A stretch of DNA of 64,000 bases from Desulfatiglandales bacterium. GTDB taxonomy: Bacteria; Desulfobacterota; DSM-4660; Desulfatiglandales; Desulfatiglandaceae. This document shows positions 52,036-61,724 of the stretch, piece after piece. The DNA lies in contig OY759599.1 of assembly GCA_963662465.1 (NCBI GenBank), forward strand, positions 7,200,001 through 7,264,000, given 5' to 3'. The position numbers and the translations under genes are program-made. Numbering within the stretch: position 1 is the first letter of the stretch; each line of letters starts with the position of its first letter. The notes under the pieces are model-generated. The model saw only the letters and a list, made by a program, of their open reading frames with translations. It made no database searches and was not told the DNA's origin.

Positions 52036-52129
52036 CACAATCCTCATTATTTTAGGGGTCATTGCTTTATTAAGTATTCTTTTTGGGGTGTGGGCAAGTC
52101 AGAGTGAAAAGCGGAAAGACAAACCATGA
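52028..52129 (+). CDS. 33-aa single-TM peptide
   Basis: MVNTILIILGVIALLSILFGVWASQSEKRKDKP; AAGGAGGA RBS; overlaps the stop of the previous gene. Confidence 0.6.
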   Translation: MVNTILIILGVIALLSILFGVWASQSEKRKDKP

Positions 52130-52152
52130 CCCTCCACGCTGGTGCAATGTGA

Positions 52153-52222
52153 CCTGTGGCTTGTCCTTTCTTTCGGTGCTTGGACAGCATCAGCAGGGCA
52201 GGCACAGGGGCGTGCCCCTACA
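52153..52222. repeat. REP-like (GTAG-type) palindromic element, degenerate inverted pair
   Basis: AGGGCAGGCACAGGGGCGTGCCCCTACA (52195-52222) with partial inverted partner CCTGTGGCTTGTCCT (52153-52167). Confidence 0.6.
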
Positions 52223-52441
52223 ATAACATCCAGCGCCTAGTGTTTTCCCCTTATTCCCGGGCAGAATCTGGGAATACGGGGAATGTGCTGCCCGTGAATG
52301 GCAACGAAAAAAACAAACTGCAGCTTATCCCAAAAGCCATAATTAGAATTGCTGAGGAACCATCCTGGCCGTTTACATTGCACATCCCATGTGTTAGAAT
52401 TCCAGGCAACAAAAATGTAGATCGGGCAGGAACCCTAAATT

Positions 52442-52873
52442 ATGCTTCAAATCACGGATCATATTGCCATTCCCCTCAGCGAGATCGAACTCCATGCCAT
52501 TCGGGCCCAGGGCGCGGGGGGGCAGAACGTCAATAAGGTTTCCTCCGCCGTTCACCTGCGGTTCGACATCAACGCCTCGTCCCTTCCCGATTTCCTCAAA
52601 GAACGTCTTCTGCAACTGAAAGATCATCGCATCACGGGGGAAGGCGTCATTGTCATCAAGGCACAGCAACACCGCACCCAGGGGAAAAACAGGGGCGATG
52701 CACTGATCCGGCTTCGGGATCTCATTGAAAGCGTCCTCGCCACACCCAAAAAACGAAAACCCACCCGCCCTTCCCGCAACGCTAAGGAAAAACGTCTGCA
52801 ACACAAAACCAAAAGGGGACGAATCAAAACCCTGAGGAAAAAAATCGGCCGATCCCGAGGGGATTGGGATTAG
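52442..52873 (+). CDS. arfB: Alternative ribosome rescue peptidyl-tRNA hydrolase
   Basis: GAGGQNVNKV (GGQ), RTQxxNR, basic tail RKPTRPS..KRL..K. Confidence 0.95.
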   Translation: MLQITDHIAIPLSEIELHAIRAQGAGGQNVNKVSSAVHLRFDINASSLPDFLKERLLQLKDHRITGEGVIVIKAQQHRTQGKNRGDALIRLRDLIESVLATPKKRKPTRPSRNAKEKRLQHKTKRGRIKTLRKKIGRSRGDWD

Positions 52874-52884
52874 GGCTTTTCCGG
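52826..52884 (+). repeat. Left copy of ~58-bp direct repeat (attL-like)
   Basis: AAAACCCTGAGGAAAAAAATCGGCCGATCCCGAGGGGATTGGGATTAGGGCTTTTCCGG = arfB 3' end. Confidence 0.9.
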
Positions 52885-53034
52885 ACTCTTAACCCGGAAG
52901 ATCAACCCTTCAGGGAAAAACATGGATGGGAAGCAGCGCGTTATGCGGCCGTTTTCACTTATCTGATTACTTAGATCCACGTAGTTCAGGATCGCTAATC
53001 CATACACCCCCCCCCAAAAAATAGGTTCCATCCC

Positions 53035-55932
53035 TTACGGCGTGGGCGGCAGTATTGCCTTGATGATTCCCGATTCCTCCCGAATGCCCAAATCCCCCAG
53101 AAAACCGTTCCCCTTGACTTTGACGGTAAGGGTATAGGTTCGGAGTCTTCTGGGAACAAAGACAACCTCCTGTACCCAGTACTTTTCGAGGTTATTATAG
53201 TAAGGGGGGTAAACCGTCATATCATTCTGATATTCGGGCGGCGCCACACTCCAGGAAAAATCGCAGTCCGTGCCGTCGCAAATGAGGTTGTTGATGCCGT
53301 CCATCAGATAGGGGGAAAATTTGCATTCGTGGGATACAATGACGTCTTCGTCACCGAAGGCGTATATTTCGGGAAGCGAAAAAATCCGTTCACCTGGAAA
53401 AGGCCTTTCGTAATGGAAACCGCTGGTTCCGGAATTGTTCGTGAAAGGTTGAAACCATGATTTTGAGCGCATTGAATGGGCATGGTAAACGTCAAAGCGT
53501 TCAAATTCCTTAAGGGACCCCTGCTCCGGTTCCATTTGAACGGAAAACTGTATGATCGAGTTTTTCAGAAGGAACTGTTTTGTGAACATGCCCGCCGTGA
53601 ATTCGGGGTTCAGGTAAAAGTCCCATGTGGCGTCATCGATGTTGTCTATGCGGCAGGTGAGCGTATGCATTGGAGAGGTCGAGTCGCCTGAAAATTGCCA
53701 CCCATTGTTCCTGGACCAGCTGGTGGTGGAGGACATTTCGGTTTCAAGGTCAATGGGGGCTGTCATGTGGAGTGGTTCTTTGGCTGAAAAGGTAATCCCT
53801 CCGTACAATGTGAATCCGTTGGTTTCATGGATCGGCAACGTCCCCGACAAAAGATCAAAGGCGCTGTAACGGGTGGTAAGGGGCATCAGGTAGTTGCCCG
53901 AGTTTTCAAGGGGTTGATCTAGGGCAAATTCGAGTTCACCTTTGATATTCAAGGGTCCCGTCAAACGGGTTTTGAGGGCCAGCAAGCCTTCGGCGTCGTA
54001 TTGCCCACTGATCATCAGCCTGGGCTCAAAACGGATGCCGTATCGGAAGTCTATGCCGGGATAGAGGGCGCCGTGAAATGGAAGGTTTTCATCCGACAGG
54101 TCATCCAGGACGGGCCATGAAACCGTTAAATTCAATTCTCCATCGCTGATAACCTGGTCAAGAGAAGCTTCCTCCACTACCAGAATGGTCAGGCTGCCGT
54201 CGGTATAGACAACGGTAATTTTCCCCAGGCGAAGCTTTGCCGTATCCATGTCCCCATAGATCAGGAAATCATCCGTTTCAAACCGGTCGGAATAGTCGCC
54301 GTCAAAGGTCATTTTGCTGTAGGAATATTCGATGGGGGTTGAAACAATGTCCGTCAGGATTTTCGGGGTCCGGCGAAGGGTCAACTGTGATTGTTTTGCC
54401 GGAAGGGGGGGCAGGGGCGTGCTTACGGCGCCGTTTTGCGCTTCCGCCTGAACCAGGAAATAGTGGATACCGGTTTCTTCGGGTATGGGGATGAGCGCGG
54501 ATGTGGCGCCCACGACGCTCATAATCAGATTTTCCGGACGGCACAGATCGTTGGTATCTTCGCTGGGCCCCATGTAAATATGGTAGGTCATTTGGTCCGG
54601 CGGGGTACCCATACACGATGCCTCCTCCCAGGACAGCCAGGCCGTGGACAGCGTTTCGCCTGATGTCTCGTCCGTGACGGTGCAGGCCGCGACCGTTTGC
54701 AACCCTTTGAAGAATACTTCTTCGGTATTGGGAACAAAATGGGCTGTGACAACGGCATTGCGGGGATTCGTCAGCCAAAAACGCGTGTCAGCCTCAGAAG
54801 AGTTGTTTATGCGGATGTGGGCATCCGTTTCCCAGTGACTGAACCGGAATCCTTCCGCGGGGGCGGCACTGATTCCAAAGGCTTTATTCAATGTGGGGGC
54901 AGTGTTGCCCGTGAGTTCGCTTTGGACGGTTCCACCGTCAAGGGGGTCGGCTTGAAGGGTGATTTCGGGCTGCAATGAAAAAGCGGCCGTCACGGTTGCG
55001 TCCCCCTCTAATGTTACAAAGGCGGCGCCATCGGGAACTTCCAGGACGGAACCATTCCCCTCAAGTCGCCAACCGTTGAAATAGCCCTTTTGTTGGTCGT
55101 TGTGGATTGGCAGTGCGGATATTTCAAAGGGTTGTCCCAGCGCGATCAGATATTCGCCCGGTTCGGGAGAACTGCTCCCCAGGTCGGACGGTTCCACCTG
55201 TAACTCCAGCATAACATCACTTCTCAATTTCCGTTTTAATTGAATCGAGGTTTTTCCAGTGCCGCTTTTCAGTGCTATCCATAAATCCACATCAACGGGA
55301 AGCGCTTCATCCGGCATCACTTTCACTTGGCTGTTGCCGGCAAACGGGTCCATGCAAGCGGCATCCGGCCTTCCGAGCGCGTCGGGATAGGGCAATGGGC
55401 GTACATAGGCGCACTGAATGGATCGAGTGATGCCGTCCTGGTCAAAAAAAGCTGAAATCACGGGATTGACGCCGAAGAAACGCCCTTTCAGGAAATAGAT
55501 ATCCTTATCTTCCGGTCCGGGACATCGAAGCACGTCCGTTATTTCGGGCGCTTTCACCATAACGTCGTCATAAATGGACATCGGTTTTAAAAACCCCCGT
55601 CCACTCAATGGTATCAACCATATTTCACAGGCCCCGACCGGCGTTTTGTCCGGGAATTGACACAATATTTCCGGGGTTCCTCCCCCTTGGAACATGGACG
55701 TGGGCGTTATAACGGTGAGACGGTTATAACCGGAAAAGACTTCCCCTTCCTTATAGACCATAAAAACCAGGGGTTTGTTTTTAAAGGATTTAAGTCCCGC
55801 GTCGGATGCGGTGATCTTTATGGCGGATCCGGAGGTGATTTCAATGGTATCCCCGGCGAATCCTGAGAGGCTGTATCCACACACTGACAATATCACGAAA
55901 GACAAAAAGCACAATCCGGCAATAATTTTCAT
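53035..55932 (-). CDS. Large secreted protein with divergent InlB B-repeat-like and FN3-like domains, paralog 2
   Basis: Signal peptide from 55932 (MKIIAGLCFL..GFA); GRFFG..PDA..CMDP; GYFNGW and GFRFSHW repeats; FKGL..LSW..YHIY. Confidence 0.72.
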   Translation of the reverse strand: MKIIAGLCFLSFVILSVCGYSLSGFAGDTIEITSGSAIKITASDAGLKSFKNKPLVFMVYKEGEVFSGYNRLTVITPTSMFQGGGTPEILCQFPDKTPVGACEIWLIPLSGRGFLKPMSIYDDVMVKAPEITDVLRCPGPEDKDIYFLKGRFFGVNPVISAFFDQDGITRSIQCAYVRPLPYPDALGRPDAACMDPFAGNSQVKVMPDEALPVDVDLWIALKSGTGKTSIQLKRKLRSDVMLELQVEPSDLGSSSPEPGEYLIALGQPFEISALPIHNDQQKGYFNGWRLEGNGSVLEVPDGAAFVTLEGDATVTAAFSLQPEITLQADPLDGGTVQSELTGNTAPTLNKAFGISAAPAEGFRFSHWETDAHIRINNSSEADTRFWLTNPRNAVVTAHFVPNTEEVFFKGLQTVAACTVTDETSGETLSTAWLSWEEASCMGTPPDQMTYHIYMGPSEDTNDLCRPENLIMSVVGATSALIPIPEETGIHYFLVQAEAQNGAVSTPLPPLPAKQSQLTLRRTPKILTDIVSTPIEYSYSKMTFDGDYSDRFETDDFLIYGDMDTAKLRLGKITVVYTDGSLTILVVEEASLDQVISDGELNLTVSWPVLDDLSDENLPFHGALYPGIDFRYGIRFEPRLMISGQYDAEGLLALKTRLTGPLNIKGELEFALDQPLENSGNYLMPLTTRYSAFDLLSGTLPIHETNGFTLYGGITFSAKEPLHMTAPIDLETEMSSTTSWSRNNGWQFSGDSTSPMHTLTCRIDNIDDATWDFYLNPEFTAGMFTKQFLLKNSIIQFSVQMEPEQGSLKEFERFDVYHAHSMRSKSWFQPFTNNSGTSGFHYERPFPGERIFSLPEIYAFGDEDVIVSHECKFSPYLMDGINNLICDGTDCDFSWSVAPPEYQNDMTVYPPYYNNLEKYWVQEVVFVPRRLRTYTLTVKVKGNGFLGDLGIREESGIIKAILPPTP

Positions 55933-55973
55933 TGGTTTGCTCCTAAGAAAACCCTCTCCCTGATGGTTAAAAT

Positions 55974-58900
55974 CTAATAATTCTCGCCCACGGTCACTTT
56001 CCACCATTTTTCCGGAGTAAGATAATCGAGGGGATTGTAACCAACGGGACGTGCCCGAAGATAGTATGTGTAAAAGTGGGCCTGTTGATTCGGGTCATAT
56101 TTCGGTACGTTAATCCCCCAATATTGGGCCAGAATCCACAGTTTGTATGGATTCGGCTCAACTCCGGGGTACCGCCTGATCATGCTGAAATGAAGGGTGG
56201 GGCGGGGGATGGTGTCTGTTTCCACCATTTTCCCTTCTGTTTCCTTGTACCAATTCCATTTTGGCCTCCTGATGGGGTTGCCTACGCCGTCTTCCCATAT
56301 CTGGGTATTTTGAGGAAGAAATTCCCATTCGCTATTCGTTGGTTCGGCAGGTGACCCGGCAGGAGCTGTAATGGGGACGGTCCAACCAAGGTGCGGCAAC
56401 GAAAGAACTTTTTCAAGGTTACTCCATGGGCCGTTATACGCATAGCTTGGAATGAAATCACAGGCGGCATCGATCCTTGCTCCCAGGATAAGCTTTGATT
56501 GTTGCCATGCGGTGAACTGGTTGAAGATAAGTTCGTGAAGGATGTTTGAGTTTGCTTCAACCAACATCGTAGTTGCTTCTTGTCGTGCTGCCGTGCCCCA
56601 TAGGTCATGTGCCAGCGTGAGTTCACCCTGTTCTAATAAGTTTATCCTAAAGCTGCCAACAAAATTGCCGTTGGCATCAAATTTGTGCTTTATTACTTCC
56701 TGATTTTCCAGGCCCTCAAATTCGTATTGCCATCCGTTAAATGCATCCGCTTTAACAACAACTTTGATGTCAAGGTTCAGATTGAAAGTATCAACGACTT
56801 TAAGGTCTGACTTACCGGAATAATGGATGTTCATATATGATTTGAAGCGTAAGTGTCTTAGGAGTCGAGTCACCGGGTCGTTTGACTGGCATGTCGACGG
56901 GACGATTTCCCGGTTTTCTATTTGAAGATTCGCGCCGTTGAAATTGTACCCTCCCGTCATATCAATTGTTAATCTGCCTCGAAGGTTGCCCTTAAATCTA
57001 AAGTAAAGACGGGCATGGGTCAGGGTTTTATTTTTAATGGGGAGGGAGTAATGGCATCTTTCGGATGCATTTACGGTGTATTCAAGTTTGACCTGCGGGG
57101 TAATATGGATGACCTTTTCATAAGAACCCCCTTTTTCATGGGGATTCTCGGATTGATGGGGAGAACTGTCAATGAAAAGTATCCGGTTTTCAGGATCCCT
57201 GTAAACCCGATTCCCCGCCATCCGTTCTTTCTGAATGCGTTGTCCCCAGAGGGCATCATCCGAATCCTCTTCATCTTCCACCAGGCTCAGGCTCTCCTTT
57301 AATGAGGGGTCCATGGATATTTCGCCGTTGATATTTCCGGATTCGATGACGTCGGACAAGGTGCCGTCCTCCAGCCAGATAACGGTATCGTCATTGTCAT
57401 CCAGATACAGGAGCCGGACTTTTCGGACTCTCATGATGCGATCGGGAGGGGTCACCAGCACGATGTCTCCCTCTTTGACTTTCCCCCAATAATCACCTTT
57501 CAGCGTGACGATTTCCTCGTCCTCGTCATAGTCATGATTCCCTGCCAATTGCATCAGATCTACCAGATTTCCATAATAGATCGTCGGTTCGCCCACCGAT
57601 ATCTCCATCGGGTCTCTGGGAATACCGGCGTTGCCCTGACGGTCCACGGCAACGGCCTGAACGTAAAGAACGGCCGGAACGGCCGGAACCGGTATCCTGG
57701 CATTCAGGACTCCCGTGATGGATGCCGCCAGGTTTTGTTCCTGGAAAAGATCCTGGGCCACATTGGATGGGCCCACATAAATCAGGTATTGAATGTCTTC
57801 AAGCGGTGTATCCACGCATATGGCGGGGGCCCAGCTCAACTCGATGAAGGATCGGAGTTCTCCGTCCTCCTCACCGCTGTCGGCGTTGGCTGAAACAAGC
57901 CCCGCAAATTGAACCCCGGATACGCCGTTCTTGACGAAATTTGCCGTGATCTCTGCGTCCCCGGTGAGCGTAACATTCGTTGTTAAAGCCATATTATTGC
58001 TTAATGAAGCGTTTTCGGAAGTTGTCCATCCCGCGAAATGCCAGCCGGAAAAAGAAATGGCGGAAATCTCCACGGGTTTGCCCGGTGTTATTACAGCGGT
58101 TTGATCGGGCAGGGGCGCGGTGGTTCCGCCCTCCGGCAGAGAGACTCTCATGGTCAATGTGGGGTTGCCAATGAAGTCAGCGGTGATGAGCGCGTCGTCA
58201 TAGACGGTCGCGTTGGTCTGGAGCGCCGTTGCATCTTCAAAAGTCGCATTCCCCTGGGCCGTCCAGCCACCGAAGGTATAATGAGGGGAAGGTGTGGCTG
58301 TGATCCGGATGGATTCGCCGGAGGTGATTTTGAATTCCGTGCCGGATTCAGGTGTTGTGGCGCCCGCCGCCGGATCCGGGCCGACGTTCAGGATGACATT
58401 CACTTCTTCTCTGGATTGTCTTATCCGCAGGGTGGTGAATGCTGTCATTCCGGCCGGATTGCGCAACCTGACGGTGTATTCCCCCGGTTCCACAGGCGCA
58501 TGGGGAAAGAAAAACGAAAGCTCGCTTAATCCAGTTCGCGGATCCATGCAGCTGGTTCCCGGTTGGGATGCGGCATCGGGAAACCGGTAGGGCTGCTCGA
58601 TTTTACAGGGACGAAACCGTCTTCCGGAAAAAACCGAGCGCCTCATGGGGCCGAAATTCTTCGATCCAATCCATATACTGATCGCTTCGGCGCCGAAAAA
58701 GCGACCCACCAGGGTCGCTTTGGGAACGCCGCCGTCTTCTTTCAGCAGGACCGATTCAATGATCGGTTTTTCCACCATGAATCGGTCCGTAACCTGAATG
58801 GGACCGTCGGCCGTTTGACCCGGTTCGTCTCCGGTGGGCTGAACCCAGAGGCTGTAAGCGCCTGCCGCCAAAGGGGTATTTACGTGACAAGCGATGCTGT

Positions 58901-59162
58901 TTACCAAATTATTCTCGAAATACTCTGGGCCGGCCAGAACTTCAATGGGGTATTCTCCGCCCGCGGAGGAATCGTTTCGGGTTGCAAAAACGTCCGGTTT
59001 AGCTGTGAATCCGTTCTGCAGACCTATGGATTCGGCTGTGATGTAAAACAGAGAACCTTGCGTTGCCTGATACGATAAGGGTTCGGTATTTCCAAAGGCG
59101 GCTGCAACATGGGTGATGAATATCAACAGAAAAAGAAAGAAAATACGACTGCTTTTCGGCAT
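55974..59162 (-). CDS. Large secreted protein with divergent InlB B-repeat-like and FN3-like domains, paralog 1
   Basis: Signal peptide (MPKSSRIFFL..AAAFG); GRFFG..PDA..CMDP; YTFGGW and WHFAGW repeats; FAGL..LSW..YLIY; AGGAGA RBS. Confidence 0.75.
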   Translation of the reverse strand: MPKSSRIFFLFLLIFITHVAAAFGNTEPLSYQATQGSLFYITAESIGLQNGFTAKPDVFATRNDSSAGGEYPIEVLAGPEYFENNLVNSIACHVNTPLAAGAYSLWVQPTGDEPGQTADGPIQVTDRFMVEKPIIESVLLKEDGGVPKATLVGRFFGAEAISIWIGSKNFGPMRRSVFSGRRFRPCKIEQPYRFPDAASQPGTSCMDPRTGLSELSFFFPHAPVEPGEYTVRLRNPAGMTAFTTLRIRQSREEVNVILNVGPDPAAGATTPESGTEFKITSGESIRITATPSPHYTFGGWTAQGNATFEDATALQTNATVYDDALITADFIGNPTLTMRVSLPEGGTTAPLPDQTAVITPGKPVEISAISFSGWHFAGWTTSENASLSNNMALTTNVTLTGDAEITANFVKNGVSGVQFAGLVSANADSGEEDGELRSFIELSWAPAICVDTPLEDIQYLIYVGPSNVAQDLFQEQNLAASITGVLNARIPVPAVPAVLYVQAVAVDRQGNAGIPRDPMEISVGEPTIYYGNLVDLMQLAGNHDYDEDEEIVTLKGDYWGKVKEGDIVLVTPPDRIMRVRKVRLLYLDDNDDTVIWLEDGTLSDVIESGNINGEISMDPSLKESLSLVEDEEDSDDALWGQRIQKERMAGNRVYRDPENRILFIDSSPHQSENPHEKGGSYEKVIHITPQVKLEYTVNASERCHYSLPIKNKTLTHARLYFRFKGNLRGRLTIDMTGGYNFNGANLQIENREIVPSTCQSNDPVTRLLRHLRFKSYMNIHYSGKSDLKVVDTFNLNLDIKVVVKADAFNGWQYEFEGLENQEVIKHKFDANGNFVGSFRINLLEQGELTLAHDLWGTAARQEATTMLVEANSNILHELIFNQFTAWQQSKLILGARIDAACDFIPSYAYNGPWSNLEKVLSLPHLGWTVPITAPAGSPAEPTNSEWEFLPQNTQIWEDGVGNPIRRPKWNWYKETEGKMVETDTIPRPTLHFSMIRRYPGVEPNPYKLWILAQYWGINVPKYDPNQQAHFYTYYLRARPVGYNPLDYLTPEKWWKVTVGENY

Positions 59163-59379
59163 GCTTATCTCCTTGCGGCCGATTCCGGCGTTCCAGCCGC
59201 CTGTGGTTCAAGATGAGGACACATACTCTTTGAGCCGTGCCGGTTACAAGAAAAAAGAGTGCTTTCTGGTACTCTTTGGCGGATCTTTTGTAAACAGCCA
59301 TGCGATAAAGTGGAAATTAATGGGATTGAAGTGTAACCGGTATCCCGATAATCCTTGACTTCCCACCGCCTGTTTTGTA

Positions 59380-60184
59380 ATGACTGTTGCCATAATTTCA
59401 CTCAGAAACTCTTCCAGCGTCCCAGTCTGGAAACGATTTCTTATCACTTTGTGCATGGATAACCAGACACTTGATCCCCAAATATTTGCTTCTCCCGGCA
59501 GATTCTTAAAAGCACTGATCATTACCGTTTTTGTGAGTCTTTTTATTGGTTTTTTTCTGCACACATTTATCTTAAACGGATCATTATATGATCATCTTGT
59601 CCTCAGTCTCGCAATGGGCCTGTCAATCTGTACCTGTATTAATCTGGCTCTTTTTGTTGTGCGGCCACGCCGTTATGGGTATGCCATTGAAGCCTTTGAA
59701 AAACAGGCTGTGGATTATTTGCTCAAACCGATCACGGCTGAAAGGCTGGCGCAGACTGTGGCTCGTCTAAAAAAAAGACCTTCACAAAAACAATATCCTG
59801 CCCACAACCGTTCTGGAAGCGTTACTTCACAACCGTAACGGGGTAATACCATCTCCGTCATACCTGCAATGGGTCAAGGCCGGAAGTGGCGATCGAGTGC
59901 GGTTAATTAACGTTGATGATGTCTGCTATTTTCAGTCTGAGGATAAATATACCAGAGTCGTCACATCTTCCGGTGAAGCGCTGATCAGAACCAGTATCAA
60001 ACAATTGGCGGAATCTCTCAATCCGGAACAATTCTGGCGTATTCATCGTGCCACAATTGTTAAGGTTACCAACATCAAACACGCTACCCGTTCATATACC
60101 GGACGTTATCGTATTGAACTGAACAGTCATGACACAATTCTTATATCCAGCCGCACTTATGGCCACCTCTTCAAACAGATGTGA
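59380..60184 (+). pseudogene. Collapsed LytS-like sensor / LytTR response regulator remnant
   Basis: TM segments fused near 59675 to a receiver tail YAIEAFE..AVDYLLKP; +1 slip in the A8 run 59769-59776; intact LytTR domain (YFQSEDKYT, FWRIHRATIV, SRTY). Confidence 0.8.
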
Positions 60185-60185
60185 A

Positions 60186-60243
60186 AAAACCCTGAGGAAA
60201 AAATCGGCCGATCCAGAGGGGATTGGGATTAGGGTTTTCCCGG
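60186..60243 (+). repeat. Right copy of ~58-bp direct repeat (attR-like)
   Basis: AAAACCCTGAGGAAAAAATCGGCCGATCCAGAGGGGATTGGGATTAGGGTTTTCCCGG; contains the stop of the convergent radical SAM gene. Confidence 0.9.
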
Positions 60244-61659
60244 TTCAAAATTTCGCTTGGCGCTCAGGAAGCTGGGCAAATGCCGCAGAAAATAGGCCAG
60301 GCTTCGTCGGTGTTCCCACAGACGGCGCCGAAACCGCTTTCGCCATGCGGGGTCCGTATAAAAACCCTTGACGTGTCGGTTGTAGAGCTGTTCAAGCGTT
60401 TCCCTGGAATCGATGCTTTTAGGGACGAAAACAAAATTCAGGCAATTCATTTTACGCCAGTCCTCGTCCAATACGCCCGTCTCTCCAATGGAATGCCAAA
60501 GGGGCGCACCATGAAAAGGGGTGAATTTACTCATGTTCATATCGTCAAGTCCCAGGGAAAGGGCGAACTCGGTTGTTTTTTGAATCGATGCGATGGTTTC
60601 ACCGGGCAGCCCCATCATAAACAATCCTTTTGCTCTGAGCCCTTTGGCCTGGATGCGCCGCACCGTATCACGAATTTCATCCAGGTGTACGCCCGGCTTG
60701 TGAACCGCCAACTGATTTTCATCCCCGGTCTCAATTCCCAGGGAAAGTTGAAGAAAACCGGCCGCTTTCAGCATCATCAGGAGTTCATCATCGCAGTAGC
60801 CGACCCGCACGGCGCAATTGAACTGTATTCCCAGGGGTTTTGAAATCAGAAGGCTGCAAAATTCGGCAATCCGCTTGCGTTGCGCCGTAAACAGGTCATC
60901 ATAAATATTCAAATGGCGAACGCCGAAACGACGTTTCAAATAGGCGGCATGGGCATAGACGTAAGCCGCCGAATTATAGCGGTAACCCCGACTGAAAACG
61001 GAACGATCGCAAAAGGAACACTGGTAGAGACAGCCCCGGCTGGTGACCATGGTGGCGCCGGGGGTATGGATATAGCTGAACAGGGGCAGGTTGTACCCTT
61101 TGGGGAACCTTTTGAGCTTTTCATAGGCTGGAAAGGGAAGATCGTCTAAATCAGGAATCTGGGGTCGTGGGGGATTCTGCACAGCCTGGTCCCCGTCTCT
61201 CCAGGCCAGTCCGTTGATACGGGCCGGCGTCTGACCGGAGGCCAGTTCAGCCAGGGTTGCTTCCCCTTCGCCCATACAGAGATAATCAATGGCCTCATAC
61301 CCATCCAGCAGGACTGATCCCAAAGCCGAAATGTGGACGCCGCCAAAAACCGTTTTGATGTGGGGCCGAAGGGCTTTGAGCCGAACCGCCAGGTCATAAC
61401 CGTCCAGGAATCCGGAAGTGGTGGCTGAAAACCCCACCATATGGGGATCTTTCCGAAGGATGCTTGAAACATGGGCGGCGTTGTTTTTTTGGGCCTCGGG
61501 TCCTAGGCAGTCGACGACAAAGACCTCATGGCCTTCCCGTTCCAGGTACGCCGCAATGGAAAGCAGGCCCAAAGGGGCCATACGGTTGGCAACGGCCGTA
61601 ATATCTTTTTTCCCGGGAACCCAATTGGATCCCGTCGGGTGAACCAGCACTATTCTCAT
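60229..61659 (-). CDS. Cobalamin-binding radical SAM protein (class B-like)
   Basis: PLGLLSIAA, FGGVH, GEGE, TSRGCLYQCSFC, DDLF, GIETG, GLPGET. Confidence 0.92.
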   Translation of the reverse strand: MRIVLVHPTGSNWVPGKKDITAVANRMAPLGLLSIAAYLEREGHEVFVVDCLGPEAQKNNAAHVSSILRKDPHMVGFSATTSGFLDGYDLAVRLKALRPHIKTVFGGVHISALGSVLLDGYEAIDYLCMGEGEATLAELASGQTPARINGLAWRDGDQAVQNPPRPQIPDLDDLPFPAYEKLKRFPKGYNLPLFSYIHTPGATMVTSRGCLYQCSFCDRSVFSRGYRYNSAAYVYAHAAYLKRRFGVRHLNIYDDLFTAQRKRIAEFCSLLISKPLGIQFNCAVRVGYCDDELLMMLKAAGFLQLSLGIETGDENQLAVHKPGVHLDEIRDTVRRIQAKGLRAKGLFMMGLPGETIASIQKTTEFALSLGLDDMNMSKFTPFHGAPLWHSIGETGVLDEDWRKMNCLNFVFVPKSIDSRETLEQLYNRHVKGFYTDPAWRKRFRRRLWEHRRSLAYFLRHLPSFLSAKRNFEPGKP

Positions 61660-61724
61660 ATCACATCCACTTTTAATTGAGCCGATTCCTGCCCCCTGTC
61701 CCCTGTCCCCTGTGAACGGTTACG

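Larger units (their letters stand above)
52885..60185. mobile_element. Integrase-less island between direct repeats of the arfB 3' end
   Basis: Bounded by near-identical 58-59 bp repeats; cargo of two paralogous secreted proteins and a decayed two-component system. Confidence 0.65.

Noticed and set aside
53007..53015. C9 tract as a phase-variation site
   Set aside because: Lies downstream of convergent gene ends, not in a promoter or coding region
53035..59162. Diversity-generating retroelement targeting the large secreted proteins
   Set aside because: No reverse transcriptase and no template/variable repeat pair differing at adenines was found
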